Below are positions 56,431-64,000 of a stretch of DNA of 64,000 nucleotides, one piece after another. The notes beneath the pieces were generated by a model. It made no database searches and was not told the DNA's origin. It saw only the letters and a program-made list of their open reading frames with translations. This DNA is from Sphingorhabdus sp. (lineage in GTDB: Bacteria > Pseudomonadota > Alphaproteobacteria > Sphingomonadales > Sphingomonadaceae): NCBI GenBank assembly GCA_028279555.1, contig JANQNO010000006.1, positions 55,837 to 119,836 on the forward strand, written 5' to 3'. How positions within the stretch are numbered: the stretch's first letter is position 1; every line of letters starts with the position of its first letter. The position numbers were made by a program, and so were the translations under genes.

Positions 56431-56477
56431 CCTGTTTCCTTGCTCGCGAAGGGGAGCTACCCAGCAGTCTGGCAAAT

Positions 56478-57455
56478 TCAATCTGCCTGATCAAAAACCA
56501 GCATTTTGTAGTGTTCACGCAAAGTGTCGGTTCCGGTCTCAGGCGTCTTGCTGGCGTCATATTGCCCGCTTTCGGCATCATATAGGAGCATCGACTCGGT
56601 CGCATAATAGCGACCAATTCTGGCATATTCCGCCTTCTTCCTTGCCGCCGGAAAAATCAGACCGGCGAGGCCAAGCAGGCCGATTGTCATATCCAGCATG
56701 ATCACAGGCACATGGGTGAATTTCGGCTTGCGGCCAAGCAGGTCAAAGAGCATCTGCCCCTGCTGTTTGGGCGTGATCGCTTCACCCGGGCCGCCAATTG
56801 GCAATATCCGGTTTTGGCGTTCGGGATCGTCAATGCAATCGGCCAGATATGCGGCGAGATCCGCATCGCTTATGGGCTTGCATGAGGTCAGTTCGCCACT
56901 CCCAAACAGAAAAAATGACTTTCCACTCTTCACCCTTTCCACCTGCCCGGATAAGGATTTGAAAAAGGCGGTTGGCCGCACAATCGAATATTTGAGGCCG
57001 GAGCCCATCAGCTCGCTCTCGAATGCCAATTTGGCCTTCTGGAATGCCAGTTTCGGTCTTTGCAGACAAATGGCCGAAAGCAGGACAAAATGCTTCACGC
57101 CATGCGATTTTGCGATCGAAAGCGCGGCTGAATTTGCGCCATGGTCTACCTTCCATGCATCCTCTGCTTCGCCGTTACGCGATGCCAGGCAGGACAGAAC
57201 AACGTCGAAATGCTCGCCGCAAAAACCGTGACCGAGAAGAGACTCGCGATCAGTCGGCTGACCGAACCGCAAAATGGCGCGCGACAGGGCAGGATCGGAC
57301 CTCGCAGATTGTTCACGCAAAAAGCAGACCACTTCATGGCCGCGCTCCAAAAGCGCGCTCACCGTTGCCCGCCCTATCGTGCCTGTTGCGCCTAACAGCA
57401 ATATACGGCGGGATTGCTTTTCTGTTGCTTCCTTGGCTTTAGCGACGTCTGACAC
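56478..57455 (-). CDS. bciA: 3,8-divinyl (proto)chlorophyllide a 8-vinyl reductase, NAD(P)H-dependent (BciA/DVR type)
   Basis: Long stretches match plant DVR as I remember it (SCLASRNG..D.WK.D; KHFVLLSAIC.Q.P.L.FQ.AKL.FE.EL; YSIVRPTAFFKSL.GQVE; LPIGGPG.A.TP..QG..LF..LGR.PKF..VP; GRYYA.ESML). GTG start. Confidence 0.8.
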   Translation of the reverse strand: MSDVAKAKEATEKQSRRILLLGATGTIGRATVSALLERGHEVVCFLREQSARSDPALSRAILRFGQPTDRESLLGHGFCGEHFDVVLSCLASRNGEAEDAWKVDHGANSAALSIAKSHGVKHFVLLSAICLQRPKLAFQKAKLAFESELMGSGLKYSIVRPTAFFKSLSGQVERVKSGKSFFLFGSGELTSCKPISDADLAAYLADCIDDPERQNRILPIGGPGEAITPKQQGQMLFDLLGRKPKFTHVPVIMLDMTIGLLGLAGLIFPAARKKAEYARIGRYYATESMLLYDAESGQYDASKTPETGTDTLREHYKMLVFDQAD

Positions 57456-57550
57456 CCGTTTGTTCTAGCAGGTAAATGGCAGCCGACAATTCCGTTGCGG
57501 CGTATCTTCAGTCTCTGGACAATTGCCTCCGTTCATGAAAGGCTTGGCAA

Positions 57551-58843
57551 ATGACATTCTCCAATCATCCGCTGAGGCAATGGGCTGTCGACGAGATGCA
57601 TCTAAGGCGTTTTGCCCCCGTCTCGGACGACTGTGAGATATATCAGACGGTGCTGCTTCTGGGTGAGGAAGCCCGGCAAACGGAAGACAGCCATCTGGAA
57701 AGCGGCAGGCCCGATTTCAACCAGTGGCAGCATGGTCCGCGCAGCGCCTATGCTCAAGCAAAGAGCGACATCTATTTTCTCTGGGAACGCCATACCGAAG
57801 CAAGCACGGTCACGCTGATCTTCCCTTCCAGCCTGCCGAGCAAGGAGAGCGACCCCTGTCTGCGCTGGCTGGAAAATTGGCCTGGTGCCGTTATCCGCGC
57901 GACACGGATCATGACGGTTCCGACAGCTGATCAGGCAGAGACCAATCTGGAGGCGATGGGGATTGCGCCGGAAGAGCTCGTCAGCTGCGAGGTCAATGGC
58001 GGGATGCGCATCTGGTCGGATTTCGGAATCCATAAAGATGGCTATGGCCGGCTGCTCGCGCAGGGTGGGGATATGTCCGATGGCGAACGCGGGCGTATCA
58101 TCCAGCGCGTTCAGGAATTGGGCAATTACCGCAATATGGCGCTGATGGGATTTCCCACGGTTCAGAAGTATGGCCCCCAAGTCGACGCGCTGGAGAAAAA
58201 GCTGTCGGCCCACGCCGAACGGGTTGCAAGCTCCGCCGACGAGGATGACGACGAAACACTGCTGCAGGAGCTTGCCGAACTGTCGTCGCAGCTGGAACTC
58301 ATCCGCTCGGCCACCGGCTTTCGCCTGAGCGCAACGACCGCCTATGCCCAGGTTGCACATGACCGCCTGGCCGCGCTCGACGAAAAGCCGGTGGCAAACC
58401 ACCAGAGCCTGAAAGATTTTACCGAACGCCGCCTGATCCCTGCGCAGCGGACATGCGAAGTGTTCCAGACAAGGCTGGCGCGAATTGCCGAACGTATCTC
58501 GCGAATCATGCACACTCTGGATGTGCGGATCGATACGCGGATCAAGGCGCAAAATCTGCGGCTCATGGAGTCGATGGAAAATTCAACCCAGCTCCAACTC
58601 AGGTTACAGACGCTGGTGGAAGGACTTTCTGTTATCGCAGCCGGCTATTACCTGGTGGGCCTGATTGCCTTTATTGTGAAAGGCGCAGGGGCCTATCCGG
58701 ACGGCCCCGATACCGACCTCATCATTGGGGTTTTGACGCTTCCGACCGTCCTCGTCGTTTGGGGATTGGTCCGCTATCTCAAGCAGAAGGTCTTCAGGCA
58801 TAGCGCCGATAAAGAGACTTGGCGGCCCGGAAAAGACGATTGA
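57551..58843 (+). CDS. DUF3422-like membrane-anchored protein (430 aa, two C-terminal TM helices)
   Basis: Recognised by eye from the N-terminus (HPLR....EMH.R.F.P), the length (about 430 aa), the central QRVQELGNYRNMAL motif, a coiled-coil segment and a C-terminal TM pair. Confidence 0.55.
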   Translation: MTFSNHPLRQWAVDEMHLRRFAPVSDDCEIYQTVLLLGEEARQTEDSHLESGRPDFNQWQHGPRSAYAQAKSDIYFLWERHTEASTVTLIFPSSLPSKESDPCLRWLENWPGAVIRATRIMTVPTADQAETNLEAMGIAPEELVSCEVNGGMRIWSDFGIHKDGYGRLLAQGGDMSDGERGRIIQRVQELGNYRNMALMGFPTVQKYGPQVDALEKKLSAHAERVASSADEDDDETLLQELAELSSQLELIRSATGFRLSATTAYAQVAHDRLAALDEKPVANHQSLKDFTERRLIPAQRTCEVFQTRLARIAERISRIMHTLDVRIDTRIKAQNLRLMESMENSTQLQLRLQTLVEGLSVIAAGYYLVGLIAFIVKGAGAYPDGPDTDLIIGVLTLPTVLVVWGLVRYLKQKVFRHSADKETWRPGKDD

Positions 58844-58928
58844 GTCAAAAGGGCACTAGGAATCGTGCGATTTATTGGTTATGCCATAGGTGGAATCCAA
58901 GGAAACCGTGGGAGAGTTTATTGTGAAA

Positions 58929-59453
58929 ATGAAGTCACTTGCTGGCGCGGTAGCAATCTGCGCGCTGGCTGCCGGTTGTTCCGGCGGCGGCTCTGGCGAA
59001 TCGTCGGAACCGAAGGAAGAAGCAGCGGCCCCGGCTGAGCCGGCCCCTGCAGCAGAGGCCCCCGCAGAAGAAGCACCTGCTGAAGAAACTGCCGCAACTC
59101 CGGGTGATCCGATGGCAACCAAGGACGGCGTTGCCTATTCCAGCCTGACGGGCGATGCAGCGGCTGGCAAGGTGGTGTTTGCGCGCTGCAAAACCTGCCA
59201 TGTCACCGATCCCGGTGTGAACCGCACCGGGCCTTCGCTTGCCGGCATTGTCGGCCGCCAGGCCGGCACGGTGGAAGGTTTCAACTATTCGCCAGCCAAC
59301 AAGAATAGCGGTCTGACCTGGAGCGAAGAGCAGCTCTACGTCTATCTGGAAGATCCGCAGCGTGTGGTCCCGAAGACCAAAATGGTCTTTCCGGGCCTGC
59401 CAAAGGCGCAGGAGCGTGCAGATCTCATCGCCTATCTCAAGAATCCGACCTGA
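58929..59453 (+). CDS. Class I c-type cytochrome (c2-like domain) tethered by a lipobox and an Ala/Pro/Glu-rich linker
   Basis: Lipobox ALAAGC, the linker EPKEEAAAPAEPAPAAEAPAEEAPAEE, heme motif CKTCH and the distal ..TKMVFPGL Met region. The start could be GTG at 58923 or ATG at 58929. Confidence 0.8.
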   Translation: MKSLAGAVAICALAAGCSGGGSGESSEPKEEAAAPAEPAPAAEAPAEEAPAEETAATPGDPMATKDGVAYSSLTGDAAAGKVVFARCKTCHVTDPGVNRTGPSLAGIVGRQAGTVEGFNYSPANKNSGLTWSEEQLYVYLEDPQRVVPKTKMVFPGLPKAQERADLIAYLKNPT

Positions 59454-59476
59454 TACTAATCAGGATGAAACAGAGA

Positions 59477-59506
59477 AAAGGCCGGGATTTTCCCGGCCTT
59501 TTTCTT
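59477..59506. terminator. Bidirectional rho-independent terminator between convergent cytochrome c and hemA
   Basis: aaaa-ggccggga-tttt-cccggcc-ttttt. Confidence 0.7.
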
Positions 59507-59525
59507 TGGCAGTGGATGAGCGCGT

Positions 59526-60746
59526 TCAAGCAGCAATATCGCGCCGCGCCAATTCGCATTGCGACCAGATTTCGCTGAGCGCCGAGATCAAACGGTCGAT
59601 ATCACCGTCGCCATGCACAGGAGAAGGCGTAATCCGCAACCTCTCGGTGCCTCTCGGTACAGTTGGATAGTTGATCGGCTGCACATAGATACCGTGATTG
59701 TCCATCAACCAGTCGGAGATGAACTTGCATTTATGCGCATCGCCGACCATGACCGGGATGATATGGCTGGGATTGGGTAGATGCGGGATGCCCATCCGGT
59801 CCAGTGCGCCGCGCACCTTCTCGACCCGTTCTTTCTGCTGATCGCGCTCATGATTGCTTTCCTTAAGATGCCTGATGCTGGCGCAGGCACCAGCCGCGAC
59901 GGCGGGCGGGATGGCGGTGGTGAATATAAAGCCGCTCGCAAAGGTACGGACATAGTCGCACAAATCCTTTGACGCAGCGATATAACCGCCCATCACGCCA
60001 AATGCCTTGCCAAGCGTACCTTCGATCACTGTGATCCGGTCCATCAATCCCTCGCGTTCGGCAACACCGCCTCCGCGCGGGCCATACAGTCCAACCGCAT
60101 GGACCTCGTCGATATAGCTCATCGCGTTATGCTTGTCGCAGACATCCAAGATCTCGGCGATCGGCGCTATATCGCCATCCATCGAATAGACGCTTTCGAA
60201 AGCGACAAGCTTCGGCCGGTCCGGATCGAGGGTCGACAGCTTGCGGTCGAGATCTTCAGGCGAATTATGTTCGAAAATCATCCGGTCGGCCTTGCTATGA
60301 CGGATGCCCTCGATCATCGAGGCGTGGTTGAGCGCGTCGGAAAGCACCATGCAATCGGGTATTCTTGACGCAAGGGTACCAAGTGCCGCCCAGTTGGAGA
60401 CGTAACCGGAGGTGAAGATCAGCGCATCTTCCTTGTGATGCAGATCGGCCAGTTCCTTTTCGAGCAGCACATGATGATGGTTGGTGCCCGAAATATTGCG
60501 CGTGCCGCCCGCGCCCGCGCCGCATTCATCGAGCACCTGATGCATGGCAGAGATCACCTTGGGATGCTGCCCCATGCCGAGATAGTCATTCGAGCACCAG
60601 ACGGTTACCTCGGTGGTCCCATCTTCGACATAGCGCGTCGCGTGGGGGAAGGCTCCGGCCCGGCGTTCGATTTCGGTAAATATGCGGTAGCGCCCCTCTT
60701 CGCGTACGGCATCCAGTTCTTCGCCGAAAAATGCTTCATAATCCAT
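59526..60746 (-). CDS. hemA: 5-aminolevulinate synthase
   Basis: MDYEAFF..ELD..R.EGRYR.F; the PLP Lys region FTTAIPP../..SMDGD. RBS aaggagg. Follows puhE. Confidence 0.92.
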   Translation of the reverse strand: MDYEAFFGEELDAVREEGRYRIFTEIERRAGAFPHATRYVEDGTTEVTVWCSNDYLGMGQHPKVISAMHQVLDECGAGAGGTRNISGTNHHHVLLEKELADLHHKEDALIFTSGYVSNWAALGTLASRIPDCMVLSDALNHASMIEGIRHSKADRMIFEHNSPEDLDRKLSTLDPDRPKLVAFESVYSMDGDIAPIAEILDVCDKHNAMSYIDEVHAVGLYGPRGGGVAEREGLMDRITVIEGTLGKAFGVMGGYIAASKDLCDYVRTFASGFIFTTAIPPAVAAGACASIRHLKESNHERDQQKERVEKVRGALDRMGIPHLPNPSHIIPVMVGDAHKCKFISDWLMDNHGIYVQPINYPTVPRGTERLRITPSPVHGDGDIDRLISALSEIWSQCELARRDIAA

Positions 60747-60751
60747 CGACT

Positions 60752-61540
60752 TTACCCCTCCTTGGAAATCTTGCTGCGCGGCTGATCAAGGGCCCATTGC
60801 CACAGCCGGGAATCGCGAAACGGTATCGCGAGAAAAACATGTTCGAGCGCCGCCAGCAAGCTGAGACAGCAGAGCAGTCCCGCCTGTACGGTTTCGCTTG
60901 GCGTTGTTGCAGCCGCTGCCCGCATGCCGAAATATCCTGCCACGGATATGATCATCATGATCGACAATAGCAGCGAAAGCGTGAGCCGCTTCGGGCCAAA
61001 ATAGCTTTTCAGATAATCGAGATGCCGCGGCAGCAACTCGTCGCTCATATTGGGAACGCCCCAATAGATATTGAGTTTGGACGACAGGCGGAAAACCAGC
61101 AGCAGCGCAAAGGCATAGGCTCCGGTCGCGTTGGCCGTCACCGCGCCCAGTGAGAGCAGCAGCGCTGCCGTCATGGCAAGCGCGATCTCGTGATGGATCA
61201 GCGCCATGGTGGCCAGCGAGAAACGCTGCCAGCCCCTCGCACCAGGTGGGCATCGATCGGTGTGCGATCCCGATACCGCGCCGGTCAGAAAGCTGATTTC
61301 ATGCCAGCTCCAGATCATCAGCCCGCCCAGGAAGGACGCATAGATAGCCCAGACGGCCATTGTCTGACTGGCCAGGACAAACAGCGAGAGCCCACCAACG
61401 GCGCATATGCCCGCAATGACCAGCGCACGGCCAAATGATTGCCTCATCCGGTGGTGGATAGCCGCCACCAGCCCGGTGCCCACGAACCAGAGCAGGAGGG
61501 CCGCCACAAAGGACAGGCCAAGATCGCTCCACTCTACCAT
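60752..61540 (-). CDS. puhE: Putative photosynthetic complex assembly protein PuhE
   Basis: Polytopic membrane protein (about 7 TM) in the acsF-puhE-hemA arrangement typical of proteobacterial photosynthesis gene clusters. It overlaps the acsF stop by 7 bp. Confidence 0.75.
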   Translation of the reverse strand: MVEWSDLGLSFVAALLLWFVGTGLVAAIHHRMRQSFGRALVIAGICAVGGLSLFVLASQTMAVWAIYASFLGGLMIWSWHEISFLTGAVSGSHTDRCPPGARGWQRFSLATMALIHHEIALAMTAALLLSLGAVTANATGAYAFALLLVFRLSSKLNIYWGVPNMSDELLPRHLDYLKSYFGPKRLTLSLLLSIMMIISVAGYFGMRAAAATTPSETVQAGLLCCLSLLAALEHVFLAIPFRDSRLWQWALDQPRSKISKEG

Positions 61541-62628
61541 GCAGGTGCCATCCTGATCTGCTGGGGCAAAGCATTCGATTTTGGCTTCACGAAATACATT
61601 CTGGCAAAGGCCAGGCCGGCCTTCGCGCCATGTTTAAGCTGCCCGAGCTTGCCCGAAATACCGCCGCGTTCCTTGGCGGCATAAATTCCGTCAGAAGCCA
61701 AGCGCAAATCTTCCATCGCCTTTCGAAATTTCGGATTGTCGGTGTCAAGCTCGACCGGGAACACCTGCCGGCTGATCGCCGTGCAGATGTCGAATACCTT
61801 ATAGCCATATTCCGCAGGGTGAATGCCAAGCGCTTCGTGGAACACCGGCCGGTTATGATCGCGCACATACATGGTGGCATAGACCGACAAAAGAAAGAAG
61901 CGGATCCACAGCTTGTTCATGCCGGTCAGCAATTTGGGGTCGGCACGCAGCAGCAGCGCAAAGGCCTCACCATGACGGAACTCGTCATTGCACCATTGCT
62001 CGAACCAGTCGAAAATCGGATGGAATTTCAGCTCCGGGTGCTTCGCAAGCTGCCGGTAGATGGTGATGTAGCGCGAATAGCCGATTTTCTCCGACAGATA
62101 GACCGCATAGAAGATGAATTTCGGTTTGAAGAAAGTATATTTCTTGGTCTTGGTTAAAAAGCTGAGATCGACGCCGATGCCCGACCCTTTCAGCGTTTCG
62201 TTGATGAAACCGGCATGGCGGCTCTCGTCCCGGGCGAGCAGTCTAAACAGGCGTTTTACATCCGGGTTTTTGGTGCGCTTGGCGATCTCTGCATAGAGAA
62301 TACAGCCGGAAAATTCCGACGTCAGCGAACTGGCCAGAAAATCGATAAACTCGCGCTGCAACGCCGGGTCCAACCCCTCGATCACACCGTCGAATTTGCT
62401 GGTCTTCTTGAAATGCAGCTTGTTGGGATCGCCCTCCATTTCCTCCATCAGGCTGTCCCATTCTGCGCGCACCGAAGACACATCAATCTTGTCGAGCGCA
62501 TCGAAATCGGTGGTATAAAATCGCGGCGCGAGCACGGTTTCCTGATTGGCAATCGCCTGTGTGTCCGGGCAGTCGACCAGTCCGGCATGCTCACCTGATT
62601 TAGCGATTTTCGTATGGGCGTTCATCAT
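61534..62628 (-). CDS. acsF: Oxygen-dependent Mg-protoporphyrin IX monomethyl ester cyclase
   Basis: Di-iron carboxylate motifs ([21 protein letters not shown]; [11 protein letters not shown]). N-terminal FYTTDFDAL. Confidence 0.92.
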   Translation of the reverse strand: MMNAHTKIAKSGEHAGLVDCPDTQAIANQETVLAPRFYTTDFDALDKIDVSSVRAEWDSLMEEMEGDPNKLHFKKTSKFDGVIEGLDPALQREFIDFLASSLTSEFSGCILYAEIAKRTKNPDVKRLFRLLARDESRHAGFINETLKGSGIGVDLSFLTKTKKYTFFKPKFIFYAVYLSEKIGYSRYITIYRQLAKHPELKFHPIFDWFEQWCNDEFRHGEAFALLLRADPKLLTGMNKLWIRFFLLSVYATMYVRDHNRPVFHEALGIHPAEYGYKVFDICTAISRQVFPVELDTDNPKFRKAMEDLRLASDGIYAAKERGGISGKLGQLKHGAKAGLAFARMYFVKPKSNALPQQIRMAPAW

Positions 62629-62921
62629 AACCTCCCTGGAGTAAAACTGACTTCATACAGTTCGGCCATCTCGAAATAGCCGGCGAATTTTGTCCATGCG
62701 CGGCGGATAAGCCCTGCCCGCTGGACTGTGGCGTTTCGGTCGAAACTGACCTTCTCGCCAAAGGCAACGGTGACCGGTGCGCCATGCACCCGGACGCGGT
62801 CGCCAGGGTAAATGGGAATATCGCCGTCGAGTTCGACATGCGCGTGGAAATGCTCGTGACTCTGCTCGATCTCGATACGGCAACTGGTATCGAACTTTTG
62901 GCTGGAAAATAGTGAGGTCAC
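62625..62921 (-). CDS. Small conserved puh-operon protein immediately upstream of acsF; candidate cyclase auxiliary subunit (BciE-like)
   Basis: 98-aa ORF translationally coupled on both sides (a 4-bp overlap with acsF and a 4-bp overlap with puhC). The functional call rests only on position, by analogy with the Rhodobacter gene upstream of acsF. Confidence 0.5.
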   Translation of the reverse strand: MTSLFSSQKFDTSCRIEIEQSHEHFHAHVELDGDIPIYPGDRVRVHGAPVTVAFGEKVSFDRNATVQRAGLIRRAWTKFAGYFEMAELYEVSFTPGRL

Positions 62922-63394
62922 GATACTGGCCCTTTCAACATGGCGGCAAAGGCTGCGCTGTGATCTGCGCCGAAACCATGAATTTCGGCGCGCTTGCCCG
63001 TTTCAGGGTCACGCAGGGAAAGTGCGCCATTTTCCCAGCGGGTAAGCACGAAGGGTGGCTCCGAACCGATGCCCTGCGCAATGCGCACCCTGGCAAGCCG
63101 GCGGAGCGTTGCGCGAACAAAGCCCTGTTCGCCAAAGGCGACAACAGTGACCGTCTCGCCGCTATCGGCATCGCGCACAACCAAAGCGCCGTCTTCGCGG
63201 TCGCTGAAGACCAGATTGCGCTCTTCGAGCGGCGCAACATTGGCAGCTGCTCGCGACATATCGGGGTTGGCCGATTGCGGTATCAGACCCCAGGTCACTG
63301 CGCCGGTAAGCGCGAGCGTGAAGGCAAGCAGCATCGACGCGGCAACCAGTGCACCGCGCGGGACCGTGGGGTCATGGTGATGGGCATGGCTCAT
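62918..63394 (-). CDS. puhC: Photosynthetic complex assembly protein PuhC
   Basis: ATG at 63394 overlaps the puhB stop (ATGA). It has one N-terminal TM (ALVAASMLLAFTLALTGAV) plus a periplasmic domain. The upstream 59 codons of the track ORF overlap puhB and are rejected. Confidence 0.7.
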   Translation of the reverse strand: MSHAHHHDPTVPRGALVAASMLLAFTLALTGAVTWGLIPQSANPDMSRAAANVAPLEERNLVFSDREDGALVVRDADSGETVTVVAFGEQGFVRATLRRLARVRIAQGIGSEPPFVLTRWENGALSLRDPETGKRAEIHGFGADHSAAFAAMLKGPVS

Positions 63395-63999
63395 GCAGGC
63401 ACTCCCTCCAATGGAATGTCGGCAGCTGTCTCGGCCGCCGGTGTTGCGGGCGCGATATCCTGCAGCTTTTCGGTCGCATGAAACAGTTTTTCCGCGACCT
63501 GCGTTGCCTCGGGAATCGCGCGCAGCATAGGCTGCGGGCGGATGATCCGAAGCGAGCGGGCGTGCGGCCACAGCATCCAGTAGCCAAGGCGGGGCATGCC
63601 TTTCAGCGCCAACACAACATTGCCATGGCCGGACGGCAGTTTCTTGAGATTAGCGGACTCGATCTCGGTCAGCGGCAAATTGATGCATTTATTGAGCGCC
63701 ACGCCGATCCGGAGCACAATGCGCCGGTTGGTCAGCGTGTAGACCGTTGTCCGGCCAACCCCCCAGGCGAAGAATGAAAAAAGGCCGATCACCACTGCTC
63801 CCAGACCGGTCATGACGGCGGCATAGCCAAAGCTGCCCTGCATTACTGCCATTATTGCAAGAGCCCCGAAATAGACCCCTGCCAGCCGGATATGCAGCGC
63901 CGAGCCGGCCAGCTGCTTCCAATCCGGAGCACCTTGCCAGATGATGTGTTCGCTTTCCGGCAATTCACCCGGCAGGCCGCGTACCGGTTCATGATCATA
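63391..63999 (-). CDS. puhB: Photosynthetic complex assembly protein PuhB (5-prime end outside window)
   Basis: The frame stays open upstream of the TTG used by the track, reading ..YDHEPVRGLPGELPESEHIIWQGAP, which is the conserved PuhB N-terminal region. It has two TM helices plus a bPH-type C-terminal half. Confidence 0.7.
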   Translation of the reverse strand, partial: YDHEPVRGLPGELPESEHIIWQGAPDWKQLAGSALHIRLAGVYFGALAIMAVMQGSFGYAAVMTGLGAVVIGLFSFFAWGVGRTTVYTLTNRRIVLRIGVALNKCINLPLTEIESANLKKLPSGHGNVVLALKGMPRLGYWMLWPHARSLRIIRPQPMLRAIPEATQVAEKLFHATEKLQDIAPATPAAETAADIPLEGVPA

Positions 64000-64000
64000 T

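Noticed and set aside
57456-57550. PpsR/CrtJ-type operator (TGT-N12-ACA) between bciA and the DUF3422-like gene, and upstream of the cytochrome c gene
   Set aside because: I searched both strands by eye. The closest string (tgtcggctgccatttacc) ends in ACC, not ACA, so there is no convincing palindrome.
57602-58552. 316-aa minus-strand ORF opposite the DUF3422-like gene
   Set aside because: It is an antisense shadow, Arg/Gly/Ala-rich. The plus frame has a proper RBS context, TM helices and family-like motifs.

Overview
This is a 64-kb chromosomal window from a high-GC alphaproteobacterium. The repeat families and the puh/acsF/bciA genes suggest an aerobic anoxygenic phototroph of the Sphingomonadales; that is inference from gene content, with no search run. 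All homology calls were made by eye from motifs. Layout by coordinate: (1) 1-3.2 kb holds tolR(partial)-tolA-tolB-pal. (2) 3.1-20 kb holds a lipid or branched-acyl catabolic supercluster: thiolases, CoA-transferase, hydratases, SDR, ACAD, acyl-CoA ligase, P450, ALDH, amine oxidase, a TonB receptor and a TetR. It appears tied together by an 18-bp palindrome found upstream of three transcription units. (3) 20.1-23.8 kb holds a Gram-negative sortase (class GN) with its VIT-VWA LPQTA target, plus a divergent XRE regulator preceded by helically phased repeats. (4) 23.8-56.4 kb is housekeeping: ridA, divK-like, rplT-rpmI, prs, nadE, bfr-bfd, rpoN-lptBAC, rnd-like, csp, dps, rpmG, pheST, prfC, tesB and yaaA. 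It is interrupted by several single- or two-gene AT-richer islets: an ORC/Cdc6-like ATPase, a cytoplasmic trypsin-like protease with a small pro-domain-like partner, and an S9 peptidase. (5) 56.5-64 kb is the edge of a photosynthesis gene cluster: bciA, DUF3422, lipid-anchored cytochrome c, hemA, puhE, acsF, a small bciE-like ORF, puhC and puhB(partial). I saw no rRNA, tRNA, CRISPR array, transposase or integrase. The best candidate for an undescribed system is the protease plus pro-domain-like pair at 35.8-37.3 kb. The orphan ATPase islet and the putative TetR operator regulon come next.
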